NCBI GenBank assembly: GCA_001662655.1
Contig: KV460210.1
DNA from: Pseudogymnoascus verrucosus
Taxonomy: Eukaryota
DNA length: 64,000 bases
Direction: 5' to 3' (one strand)
The notes below the pieces were generated by a model, which saw nothing but the letters and a program-made list of their open reading frames with translations, was not told the DNA's origin and ran no database searches. Below, one piece after another: positions 48,769-60,379 of the stretch. The position numbers were made by a program, and so were the translations under genes. Every line of letters begins with the position of its first letter. Position 1 is the first letter of the stretch.

Positions 48769-50767
48769 AATGAGCTTATACTGTGTAGGACGTATTGTGT
48801 GTATAGTTGGTATAGTTAGTATAGTTAGTATAATCTCTATAGTCTGTATAGACAGGAGTGCCTTCCCATCATCCTATTCCTCTCCTGACCTTCAATTCCC
48901 CTTTCTCTCCCTCCTCCCTTAGCGTTGGTGGTTAAGGTGGAATGTATGTACTCGCCCCGTGTGCAGCTAAGGCGCCTCTACTTCGGTATTTTGTCTCTGT
49001 CCCTGATCTTGAACCCGCCCCTTGTGCAGCGTAGTGCAGGTCTTACTGCTACTATACTCTACTAGAGTAGTCTCACAGTGGTAAGTGAGCGATGATAGTA
49101 GCGTTAGTAATGTTAGTAGTGTCAGTAGTCTTAGTAGTAATGGCGGCTGCGTAGCACTTGTACATAACATACGTACAACTCTACTCCACTGTTACTTGAT
49201 CTTACCTGACCTTTTTACTACGACGCTACTCCACCTACTCAATTACTCCACTAGTTACTCTATACGGCTGCGGCCTTCTCTCCTTCTCCATCTTCACTTC
49301 TATGACCTTGTTGTTGATACCCCCCTGCTAGCTCCCATCTGATTCCTTCCAGAGTGTGACGACTTCCTTACCTTATTCCGGGCTTCTCCATACTACCCAG
49401 GCTACCCATACAGATCCATACAAACCTAGACAAACCCATACAAACTACCTGTGCTAAGCCGTCCTACCCATACCAAAACTCATACCGCCCATATTAGAGT
49501 ACCCATACTAATCCATATACTATCCATATACTATCCATATACTATACTACTCTACTAATATACTACTAGTAAGTGCTGCTGTGCCATACAAAGTGCGGGT
49601 ACTACTCTAACTATTATATGTACTCTCCTCTACTACTCCTCTACTACCACTAATACCCCCTGTTTTCATCAAACGAAACTCAGGCCCGACTACTCACAGT
49701 ACTACACAGCGCCACCGTGCAGATTGTTCGACTCAAACTCGGACTCTACCCGTGCTCTACTACCAACTATACTATACTAGTCATATAGTAGTATAGTAGT
49801 ATACTTAGCATAGTAGTCGTACTCCTTCCTCCTAGCTCCGCCTTCGTAGCTCGCACGCACCCGTAGCTCGCGCCTCCATTTCCACTCCTATACTCCATCC
49901 ATCACTCCAGTCGTCAGTAGTCAAGTAGTCAGTTCCTGCCTTCTTTGCTCTCTGGCTGGCTGGCTTGCTCCGTCCAACTATACACTACACAACATCCGCC
50001 CCCCTTCACCCCTCCACCCTCCCCCTACCCACCCCCCCTTCCTTCCCTTTTCACCCCATCTCACACCTGGCATGGCACCAAACTTGGCCCGATATGTGTG
50101 TGGTGCTTGCTTGCTTTACTCTTCCTCCGCCTCCCTCCTGTACGGAGTACACTACTGATCTGGGTCCGCGCCACCACCCCGGGAAAGACCTGCAACATAC
50201 CGCACTATACGGAACTACCACTACCTACTGCCGCTGCTACCACCTTGACTCTCACACTCATACATACTCCTCCCTCCACACACTCACACGCTTAGAGTAC
50301 AGTACCCAAAAAAGCACGGCCAATCTATCACTGGTCCACAATGTCCTCCTCCGTTTCTTCTTTGGTCTCATCCACCGGCCGCCGCTCTTTAGGCAGATGA
50401 CACAAAGGCCCCCCAGAGACCAGAGACAACATGCCACTCGTCACTAGTGGACCCTGACGGTTTCCTCATGGTCTTGGTCACTATTCACTATTGACAAGCT
50501 GCTACTTCCGTGGCAAGGGTGTGTGTGTCCATATTTGTATTCCTCCCCATTCTTAGTCTGGTTGCCCAGAGCCTTCCTTCCTTTTCTCACACTACATCAT
50601 ATTCATATACTCTCTCTCTGTCTCTCTCTCTCTCCTCTCTTTCTCTCTTTCATTACAACATGACCTGCTCTTGAACCCCCCAGACATCTATCGATTTTCA
50701 GAGATCACCTCGAGCCTTGACGGCACGCCCAACCTTATACTCCGACCACCCTTCATCCTTATTCACC

Positions 50768-51937
50768 ATGATGCTCACCTCAAGCGGCCCGGCACCACAC
50801 GCAGCTGGCACCATGCCCACCCACCTCGATCTCACCTTACTCGAGGACGTCTCCCTACAAATGGCCTCATCCAATCTCTCACGCCGACACTCAAAGGGGT
50901 CTAATGCCTCGAGGATAGGAGGATCCATGCGGATATCAAAAGCAAACAGCACGAACAACAGCCCGAGAAACTCGACCACACTGAACAGGAGGAGGACAGT
51001 TATGGGCGACTCCTATCGACGCCAGCCGTCGGCGGTGAACCAGGGCATGTCGGCGTCAGGGGAACCAAGCCAGGCATACCTCACACCATTGCAGGCGGTA
51101 TCACAGACCAGGCCATTGAGCTGGCACCCTTCGGCATACTCAACATACGACGTACCATTCCAGCCAGTCTACAACACCGGTATGACGGATTACAGCATGT
51201 CATACAGCAACAGCCAGGACCTCCCCAACACACCCGCCCTGCAATCAAATTACGGCTCGCCTTCAGCAACCTTCTCCCCAGAATCACAACCCTGGACCAA
51301 CTACGACCAAGAATACCCCCTCTATGACACCTCCTCCATCATGCAACCTTCCTTCACCAACCCCATGGCCGACTATGCAGCCTACGCACAATTGCAACTG
51401 CAGGTACAACAACAATCCTACAACGACTGCATGAACCCCTCCATCTATTCTCACTTCGACTGGAACAACTTCGCCGCCACCGGCTTCGAGGATGGCACCG
51501 CCCCCCCAACACCCGAGAACTTCCTCCCAATACAACACCCCGAACCACCGTGCGCTATCGAAACCACAATCCCCTACCACTCTCTCGACGACGAAGAGGA
51601 CGAGGGCGAGATCCTAGTCGGCATGGGCCTGTACGATGCGCCTGAGAAGGCACCCGTCACCGATATGCAGCAGTGGGAGCAGTACCAAACGGCCCTAATT
51701 TCCAAGTACCTCGGCTCAACACAACGTGCTGCTGCTGAGTCGACGGGGAAGGGGCTGAAGCTTGAGGAGACCTGGAATCCACCTGCGAGCGAGGATGAGG
51801 ATGAAGATCAGGATGCGGAGGGCTCAGATGATGATGAGGAGGAGCAGCAGCAGCCGGGGAAGCAGCATGGGCAGGCACCTGCTGTTGTGAATGGGAGTAA
51901 TCCCGCTGTGCAATATGAGGGGGAGGGATGGCTGTGA
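50768..51937 (+). CDS. Uncharacterised, largely disordered S/T/P/Q-rich fungal protein
   Basis: 389-codon single-exon ORF preceded by a CT-rich tract (about 50570-50650). Short motif islands RRRTV, RPLSWHP, APPTPENFLPIQHP, GEILVGMGLYD and GKGLKLEETWNPP, which I recall from uncharacterised Pezizomycotina proteins. Confidence 0.8.
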   Translation: MMLTSSGPAPHAAGTMPTHLDLTLLEDVSLQMASSNLSRRHSKGSNASRIGGSMRISKANSTNNSPRNSTTLNRRRTVMGDSYRRQPSAVNQGMSASGEPSQAYLTPLQAVSQTRPLSWHPSAYSTYDVPFQPVYNTGMTDYSMSYSNSQDLPNTPALQSNYGSPSATFSPESQPWTNYDQEYPLYDTSSIMQPSFTNPMADYAAYAQLQLQVQQQSYNDCMNPSIYSHFDWNNFAATGFEDGTAPPTPENFLPIQHPEPPCAIETTIPYHSLDDEEDEGEILVGMGLYDAPEKAPVTDMQQWEQYQTALISKYLGSTQRAAAESTGKGLKLEETWNPPASEDEDEDQDAEGSDDDEEEQQQPGKQHGQAPAVVNGSNPAVQYEGEGWL

Positions 51938-52635
51938 AGAGCATTAGACATTATCACCTGGCGTGATGGGGGATACTTGGGACGGCCTGGCGTTGGGAAT
52001 TGGGTTTTTGCATTAGCATTTGGCATTTTTTGGGGGCCTGGGATGGAATGGGATTGGGAGGATAAGGGGCGTTTTCAACACCAACACCGGGATGGTGGGT
52101 GGGATGGTAGGATACCATTTACATAGACTTGGGCGGGGGGTGCTTTTATTAGCGTAGAACGGGAGGAACTCACGGAATTGAGGGTTTACCACAGTATATT
52201 TATGTGTTACCATTACCATTACCATTACTACCTTTTACCAAAATGGTATTTGTGAAATCAATCGTGACTGTAGACCTGATCTGGCCTCCTTACTATGGTA
52301 TGGTATGGTATGGCACGAACCTCGCTTGAGAACTTGAGGGGCTGGCTGGACTGCGGACAATTTAAGCATATACGCTAATCTCAAGAGACACTAGCTCAGC
52401 CTTACCACATAGCCTCACGAATTTACTTTACCTCACTCAGGCGGCACGCGCATTCGAGGCTGGTCAAACAAGGGCGAAAGTAAATCGTAAATCCCAACAA
52501 CAACAACAACAACAACTGAACCCACGATTGATAATCGATCGATCGATCGTTTGATACGAACCTACTACTACGCAGCCAGCCATCCATCCAGTACACATAT
52601 ATATTTGGGATAATCCGAGACTGCGAGAAGCGATA

Positions 52636-54015
52636 ATGTCGTCGCGCATGACGGCCAACCCGGCCAAAGCGCCGCGGTATCGCCCCGGCAAGGCGGTCGA
52701 GGAGGTGGAGAGCTCTGATTCCGAAGAGGAGGTTTCGCCAGAAGAGGAACAGCAGCGGGCGATACCGAGTAGACCACCACAACCGAAATTCAGCTCAGCG
52801 GGGGGGATATCGAGTGATCTCAAGAAAGTCGACCTGAACGAGCGACGCAGGGAGGCGAGGGAGAAGGAGGAGAAGAGGGTGGAAGATGAGCGGCTAGCCA
52901 GGAAAGCAGAAGAGGAGGGGTTTGTGACTGAGAGTGAGGAGGGGGAGGAGGGGAGTGAAGAGGAGAGCGGGAGTGAAGAGGAGAGCGGGAGCGAGGAGGA
53001 GAGCAGTGAGGAGGAGGCGCCTAGACGCGTGATGATGCGCCCGACGTTTGTGAAGAAGGATAAGCGCGGGCTTAGGAAGGAGGAGGATACGAGACCGGAA
53101 GAAGAGCGAGCTGCCGAGGAGGAGGAGAGGAGGAAGAAAGCCGCGGATGAGATTGTGGAGGAGCAGATCCGGAAGGATGTCGCGGCGCGGGAGGCGGGGA
53201 AGAAGAACTGGGATGATGATGAGGAGGCTGAGGATGAGATTGATGATACGGATGGTCTTGATCCGGAGGCTGAGCACGCGGCGTGGAAGTTGAGGGAGTT
53301 GATGAGGATTAAGCGGGAGAGGGTGGCGATTGAGGAGATGGAGAGGGAGCGGGAGGAGGTGGAGAGGGTGAAGAATTTGAGTGTCGAGGAGAGGAAGGCA
53401 GAGGATGATGCGCATATTGCGAGGCAGGTCGAGGAGAGGGAGGGGAAGGGGAAGATGGGGTTCATGCAGAAGTACTACCATAAGGGTGCTTTCTTCCAGG
53501 AGGACGCTAAGGAAGCGGGACTGGATAGGAGGGATCTCATGGGCGCGCGCATGGCGGATGATGTGGTGAATCGCGAGTTGTTGCCGCAGGCGCTGCAGAT
53601 GAGGGATATGACCAAGTTGGGGAAGAAGGGGGCGACGAAGTATAGGGATTTGAAGAGTGAGGATACGGGACAGTGGGGACGGTTTGAGGAGAGGAGGGTT
53701 GGGGGGGGAGGGGGAAGGATGGGGGTGGGGGGGGATGTGGATGAGAGGTTTAGACCGGATGAGGGGGGGAGGAGTGGTGCGAATAATTTGCCGGTTGGGG
53801 AGAGGAGGGTGCCTCAGGGGCCGAGGGGGGGGAGGGAGGAAGAAAGGGGTGCGGGGAGGGAGAGGCAGAGATCGAGGTCGCCGAGGAGGGAGAGGGAAAG
53901 GTCGAGAGAGAGGGAGCCGAGGAGGGATAGGGATGATGATCGGAGTCGGAGGAAGAGGAGTTCTTCGAGGGATGGGGGGAGGTATGAGTACGATAAGAGG
54001 CGGAAAGTGGATTAG
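52636..54015 (+). CDS. MFAP1: MFAP1-family spliceosomal B-complex protein
   Basis: Motifs RYRPGKA, DDTDGLDPEAEHAAWKLRELMRIKRER, FMQKYYHKGAFF and GKKGATKYRDLKSEDTG; RS-rich tail. Confidence 0.92.
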   Translation: MSSRMTANPAKAPRYRPGKAVEEVESSDSEEEVSPEEEQQRAIPSRPPQPKFSSAGGISSDLKKVDLNERRREAREKEEKRVEDERLARKAEEEGFVTESEEGEEGSEEESGSEEESGSEEESSEEEAPRRVMMRPTFVKKDKRGLRKEEDTRPEEERAAEEEERRKKAADEIVEEQIRKDVAAREAGKKNWDDDEEAEDEIDDTDGLDPEAEHAAWKLRELMRIKRERVAIEEMEREREEVERVKNLSVEERKAEDDAHIARQVEEREGKGKMGFMQKYYHKGAFFQEDAKEAGLDRRDLMGARMADDVVNRELLPQALQMRDMTKLGKKGATKYRDLKSEDTGQWGRFEERRVGGGGGRMGVGGDVDERFRPDEGGRSGANNLPVGERRVPQGPRGGREEERGAGRERQRSRSPRRERERSREREPRRDRDDDRSRRKRSSSRDGGRYEYDKRRKVD

Positions 54016-54196
54016 ACTCCGCGAGCGCGTGTACTATATAATCTCGGCGCCAAATCAAGAAGCGGGCGACTGTCAATTTTGTGTCTTTCATTATCCGTGA
54101 TGCCCATCTTCCTATATCCAAAAACGCCAACCTCATAACCGCCGCAGCACTTCCAATACACCCCCATATTAGGGGTGCCTACCTACCTACACTACA

Positions 54197-56237
54197 CTAC
54201 ACCTTCACAATCTCCACTCTGGCCCTCTCATACAACTTATGCGCCACCGTCAACCCTCCCCCCCTCTCCTCCTCCGTCAACCCCGCCTCCCCGACACTAA
54301 CCCTCGCGAACGTCCCCGCCGCCTTCCTCCTCGCCACAACCCCCGGATTAATCACCAACACACTCTCCACGACCTTTGCAAACGGTGGCAACGCGCTGGG
54401 GACAATAAGGAGGTCGGGGCGTACATTCAGCATCTCCCCCAGCTTGAGATAACTCACATCGAGCATCGCTCCCGGCGGCGCACCCTCCACTGTCCCTGTG
54501 CGGAGCAGGAGTTTACGGTCGACAGGCGGGTACAGAGGGAAGAAATGGCGCTGCTCGATAATATATTTCGGCAAACGCGCCAATATCCCACCAGCCTGCG
54601 GCGCTCCACCAGTCACCTCCTCATGCCTCAACTCAGAGAGGATATCCTGACTCGATATCCCCGTGACAATCTCATTAATTGACACCGTCATCGGATTTCC
54701 CACAATCTTCGCCTGTTTCGGCAGCCCCAAATCCTTGCGCGGAAACGGCTCCTGCGGCCACGATACATGCGCGCTGATGGCGTCGCGCACCGACGGGATG
54801 AGGAGGATTGTTATACTCGGGTTTGCCGCGGCGAGAGACTGGAGGGGTCGCGAGATGAGGTGCTTGAATACGGTTTTTAGCGTCGTGGTGTCGGGATCCG
54901 CTTCCGCTTCGGGGGGGAGATCGAAGTCCCCCGATGCGAGGAGGGGGTGCTCTGTGTCGAGGAAGGGACCGACGAGGATCAGCGCGTCGGCGTAGGTGTC
55001 TGCTGCTTGGCTGCAGAGGGCGTGCAGGGGCTCGAAATCGAGGTTGTCATCTGTGGTGTAGGGACCGGCGCCGATGATGATGTTGAGCGGGGCGGCGGCG
55101 GAGTCGTCGTCCATCGCGTCTGGGCCGCCGCGGAGGCGCTGGATGTGCATTTCCAGGCCCTGAGGTGTAGAGGCCGCGACGGGGAGTAAGGGAATCTCGA
55201 GGACTTCGCTGACTGTGAATTCCTCGCCCGAAGCATTGATGCCGCGGAGCGCGACGATCTGGCCCGGGAAGAACTGGAAGCTAGCCACGGACCCGAGACG
55301 GAGGGGGACGCGCAGCCCGTTCCCCATGCGTCGCGAGGTCTCGAGGACGAGGGATGCGGTGTTGAGTTTCCCGTCTGCGGAGTCCGAGGCGATGCGGCCG
55401 ATGGCTACGATTTCGTCGACGGATTTGTTGGCGGCGCTGCCGAAGGCGGAGTCGGGGAGGGTGTGGTGGGTTTTGATCAGGGCCATGAGCTCGTCGATGC
55501 GGTCGTCAAGGATTTCGGAGGATTCGGAGGATTTCATGGCCATGGGTTTGTAGGAGAGCTTTTTGAGGTCCGAGTTGGCGATTAGCTTGATGCGGGGTTC
55601 GGAGAAGGGTGCGATTGGGGGGGATGGGGCGGGGAGTTGTTCGTTGAGGATTTCGACGGTTTGGCCGGCGTTGGGGCGGTCGTTGAAGGCGACGGTTCTG
55701 TTTCTTGTTAGCTGGGAAGGTCAGAAGGTAATGCTAAACTTACGGTCCTCCATACTCCTTCTCTCCTGGCTTGTAGGGGGTCTTGAACTCTGGTGGGCTG
55801 CTGGCGGGTTCTTGCTTCACTCGTGATATGGATGGTGTCTGAAACTTGCGTTTCGACGCAGCGCTTCCTGGCGCGGTCCGAGGAGTATTTGGCACCAGGC
55901 CATCCAGCATATTGAATACATCTCCAGTGCTAGAGATATTTCGCGGGGTAGCTACCCGCTTCTCCACACTCCTGGCGTTCAACTTGTTCCTGCTCTCTCT
56001 TTCCAATCCATCTTGAATATCCTGCTTAAGAGCTCTCGAGGTCTCGATGTCAAGCTTCATATCGTCCGTCCCAATCTTCATGCTGTAAGACTCCCATTTG
56101 TAGAACAGCTCCTGGGGCGGGATAGAGTGGAGGCGCATAATCGATTGCAGCTCGGCGAGCACATCTGCCTCTATTTTTTTGTTCACCGATGCTGGCCCAA
56201 ATAAAGCATTAAGCTCCTCTACCACGGGGTCTGCCAT
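54197..56237 (-). CDS. POL12: DNA polymerase alpha-primase B subunit
   Basis: Intron 55743-55698. Motifs LFYKWESY, IGRIASDS, FFPGQIVALRGIN, GPYTTDDNL, LILVGPFLD and QRHFFPLYP. Confidence 0.95.
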
Positions 56238-56322
56238 ATTTATCTTTTCGAGCGTCGAGGGACACGGCGGTTGTCTCGTCGTGAAATATTTCGAGTGGTC
56301 GCGACGAGGCTGTAAGTGGAAG

Positions 56323-56344
56323 ACGCGTTGTGGTTTTAACGCGT
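56323..56344. promoter_or_regulatory. Two MCB (ACGCGT) cell-cycle boxes upstream of POL12
   Basis: ACGCGT at 56323-56328 and 56339-56344, about 90-100 bp upstream of the POL12 ATG. MBF/MCB control of replication genes is established in yeasts. Confidence 0.7.
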
Positions 56345-56627
56345 TAATGGGCGAGTCCCTCCTTAGACTTTGGGCGCACGGGCACTGAGAGGCTGCATGG
56401 GGGGGCGAGGCTGAGGAAAGTTAAATTGTGCTGCCCCATACACGAATTGTGCTACTCGTACTCGTACCTGCCCAACAACTTCGTCCATACGCCCCTTTAA
56501 GTCTGTCAATTGAAGTTTCCTCGAAAGCTGTATCTATTTTATTTTTGGAGTATACAGAAAAGGTTTGTCAATCCACAGTCTCTGGAAACCCTTATATCCC
56601 AAACCAAATTGTATTAACTTCAATTAG

Positions 56628-57955
56628 ATGAGTGCTACCATGCCAGAGACGCCAGTGGCTGCGGCCGGCGAGAACCAAATCGAGGAGAAGGTCGCCGCAT
56701 TAGACATCACCCAGGGTCAGACTACTTCTGTTGCAGCATCACTCCGAGCGAAACCCGATGGGGCAGTCAAAACCCCATTTGTCGACCCAGTCCCATCAGC
56801 GAAGCCAAAGGAAGCCGTAGCTCTCACTGCCGACCAAGAAGCCAAGTACGAGGAGGTTCTTGCAACTGTCAAGACATGGACCGAAATCCCATCGACCAAA
56901 GGCAAGGAGGGTCCAATTGTGGATGAGGAGATTATGTGGTTGACCAGAGACTGCATCCTGCGTTATCTTAGGGCAACAAAGTGGCAGCCAGCTGAGGCCG
57001 CCAAGCGTCTCCTGAGCACCCTCACATGGAGAAGGGAATTCGGTCTTCTGGAGCTCACGCCTGATCACATTTCACCTGAAAACGAGACAGGCAAGCAGAT
57101 CATCCTCGGATTCGACGACGAGGCCAGGCCATGCCATTACCTAAACCCTGGGCGACAGAACACTGAGAGCAGCCACCGACAGGTTGAGCATCTCGCTTAC
57201 ATGCTGGAAAGGGTCATCGATATGATGGTTCCTGGCCAGGAGAGCATCTGCCTGTTGATCAACTTCAAGTCGAGCAAATCTCGCTCAAATACATCCCCGC
57301 CTTTCGCCATTGCTAGGGAGGTCTTGAACATCTTGCAAACCCACTACCCAGAGAGACTCGGACGTGCCGCTCTCATCAACAGTAAGACATTCAACCCCTT
57401 GAAGGAAATTTCGGCACACTAACAACCTGAACAGTCCCATTCGTGGTCAATATGTTTTTGAAGCTCATCATGCCTTTCGTCGACCCATTGACTCGTGAGA
57501 AGTTGCATTTCAACGAAGATCTAACTAAGTTTGTCCCGAAGGAGCAACTGTGGACTGATGTTGGTGGAGCTGTGGAGTTCGAGTATGACCACGAGGCTTA
57601 CTGGCCCGCACTCAATGACCTATGCAAAGAAAAGGCCAGCGAACGCAGAGTTAGATGGGAGGCAGCTGGGAAACATTACGGCGAGAGTGAGCTCTACTTG
57701 AAGGGAGGAGATGTTCCAAGCTTGGGGCAAAAAGTCGAGCCAGAGGTTGCAGTGGAGGCTGCCGCACCTGTTGCAGCTGTTGCACCAGAGGCCGCAGTGG
57801 AGGCTGTAGCACCTGCTGCACCTGTTGTACCAGAGGCTGCTATCGAGGCCAAGACTGCAGTTGCACCAGAAGCTGCTGTCGAGGCTGAGACACCCGTTGC
57901 ACCAGCGGCTGGTATCGAGAACCAGAAGCCTGAGACCAAGGAGACTCAGGCTTGA
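56628..57955 (+). CDS. PDR16: Sec14/CRAL-TRIO phosphatidylinositol transfer protein, Pdr16/Sfh3-like
   Basis: Intron 57382-57433. Motifs WLTRDCILRYLRATKW, TLTWRRE, ENETGKQ, LQTHYPERLG and PFVDPLTREKL; Ala/Pro/Glu/Val-repeat tail. Confidence 0.88.
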
Positions 57956-58285
57956 ATTGTCTCCCTAATTGTACCTATTAATAATGTTTCATGCAGCGAC
58001 AGCCTCGGGAATTGTCCCATAGATACCAAAATTAAGTAGATAATAAATTTGAGAGCTTTATCCATAGCTTTAATGGGAGTTTTACTCAGCCGTTACTCAG
58101 ATATGACCCTTAGAATTTATGTACGCGGGAACACCCGCATGGGTGACCGATTGGCGATAGGGCCGTCACTTTAGAGCTTCCTATCAGCGACCGCCAGCCT
58201 TGCCGAACCACCATGTGCTGAACTCATTGAATCCCCCCCGCATTGGCAGATATATGCCCACAGTCGATATTATTACAGATTTGAA

Positions 58286-59026
58286 ATGTCATCCTCACAG
58301 ACCCCCAAGCCGATGGGCAGCCAAGCGCCCGCTGGGCAGCGCGGCGCACCTGGTCTAAAATACCCTACAAACGGAAAGACGATATACAACAGGCCGCTGA
58401 ACAGGAGTCGGACGCAGGAACTGAGCCAGGCAAGCTTCGCATACCTCTTCGGGGAGATGGTGAGCTATGCGCAAAAACGTGTCACAGATATCCAGGATTT
58501 GGAGAAGCGGTATGACCCCCAATAGCCTCTCGGGGCAGCTGCCAGAATTGCTCAAACAGAAGCTCATTATAACTCTAGACTCAATGTCCAAGGCCATCCC
58601 ATCGGGCTCAAACTCCTCGACGTACTCATCTGGCGCGAACCCCCACGAACACAACTCCGCCCCCTCAACATCATCGCCCTCCTCAACTTCATCATCAATG
58701 TCATGTGGAAACACCTCTTCGCCCGACCCGCCGATGCGCTCGAGAAATCCAACGAGAGTCCAGATCAGTACATGATCATAGACAATGAACCGCTGGTGAA
58801 CCAGTACGTCAGCGTTCCAAAGGAGATGAGCCAGTTGAACTGCGCTGCGTTCGTGGCGGGGATTATCGAGGGAGCTTGCGATGGGGCTGGGTTCCCGGCA
58901 AGGGTCACGGCGCATACGGTTGCTGCTGCGGGCAAGGAGGGAGAACTTTGGCCGGGGAAGACTGTTTTCCTAGTGAAGTTCCAGCCGGAGGTCATTGAGA
59001 GGGAGGCATTCTTGGGGAAGCAATAG
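58286..59026 (+). CDS. TRS31: TRAPP complex subunit Trs31 (TRAPPC5)
   Basis: Intron 58510-58578. Motifs SFAYLFGEMVSY, LEKRLNVQGHPIGLKLL, YMIIDNEP and LNCAAFVAGIIEG...FPARVTAH. Confidence 0.93.
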
Positions 59027-59387
59027 ACTACGACGCTTTGATGGATGAGTGTTTGTTGGCATTCGGAAGGCGTTATCAGCATTGCGAGGAGTTACGGTTA
59101 GGTTTATCGAACTCATATAAGTTCATTTTCATGCTTTAATAAGGGCCAATTGGTGTGGTGTAAACGCCGTGACAACAGAACTGTGCTGCATCATATTTCA
59201 TAGTGGGTATCATCCCTAACGCCCCTCCAGTCCTTTAAACACTGCGCGCTTCCTTGACTCCGTGATCAACCTGGTGCCTTTCCTTATTTTACGAGACCAA
59301 TGCAACGCCCTTCTTTCATTCGAGGATCAACCCAATGCCCCTCCTTCGTCCCGGGGCCAATACAACTGAAACGCTTGCACGTAGATG

Positions 59388-59764
59388 CTACCGAGGCAAT
59401 GTCCTGTTCCCGGCCACCTTCATGTTGCCATCTGCGCGTCCTCCTGTCTGCACCGGACCCTTCTTCATGAGTTCTGAGAGTCCAAGATCTTTCCATGCAG
59501 CCTCTTTGGTCTTCTGGGTGGCTCTCTGGATACCGAACGCAGCGTGCTGGTCGGGGACAATATCGTCTTCATCTTCCGGGTTCAAAGGCTGATTCTGGGG
59601 GGGCACAAAGATCTCGTCATATGGAAGCTTGTCCTTGCAGAAGTCCTCGAAGAGATCGGCATCTCGCGGACGGTTGAAGTGTATATACGTGTGGTTGGAG
59701 TCTTTGGACTATGGATGTTGTTAGCTATTTCCCAGCAGATGTTCGCCCATTCAAATAATACCAT
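59388..59764 (-). CDS. APC13: Anaphase-promoting complex subunit Apc13/Swm1-like
   Basis: ATG-only exon (59764-59762) and intron 59761-59709, then SKDSNHTYIHFNRPRDADLFEDFCKDKLPYDEIFVP...DIVPDQHAAFG...AWKDLGL. Confidence 0.8.
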
Positions 59765-60379
59765 TGTTCAGAAGTAGGGAGTGCTGTGCACTCAAGCCGA
59801 TCTCCAAATTCAGATGAATGTTATAAGAATTGGCTGAACAGTTTCTCTCCAGTATGGTGGTAAGTAGAGTTTGTTACCTGGAGGTTATGAAGGACGCGGG
59901 GCACCTGGGTCCCAGTTATGTACCATATGGCTCCAAGCCTCAGCACAATTGAGTGTTAAATCTCCATTCAAAGCTAATAAATTTTCCCTCTAAATTAATA
60001 TTTGGATCACTGACTTATTGGAGGACTGTGATACAATAATTATATTTCTATGTAATTTATGAGCACTTATTTGATTTATTGTAGCCGTAAACTCCCAAAG
60101 TACCGATGGTTCCTGTATGTTGTTCCATGCCCTTTGGTGAGTTACGCGCACGGACCCTCTCAGAGCTCTTTGTTCCCAGACCCCGACGCTAAAAATTGCA
60201 CCAGCCACACATCTGGCGCCACAACTTAGGAACCGAATTTTAGCGCGCACAATAGAAAATTGAATAGGGTTTGGCAGTGCGGCTCGCAACAACTTCACGA
60301 ACGCTGCGACAATCGACCAATCGACCACCAACACCTCGCCCTTGACAACCCCCCGTTCGTCGTAAATACCACCGCAATC

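Noticed and set aside
48920..49020. tRNA-like A box (AGCGTTGGTGGTTAAGG) with nearby GGTTCAA on the opposite strand
   Set aside because: The boxes are on opposite strands and no cloverleaf can be drawn.
39613..50447. Dozens of 60-230 aa ORFs in the gene desert
   Set aside because: They overlap in all frames, are driven by microsatellites, often use non-ATG starts, and show no recognisable motifs or consistent exon chains.
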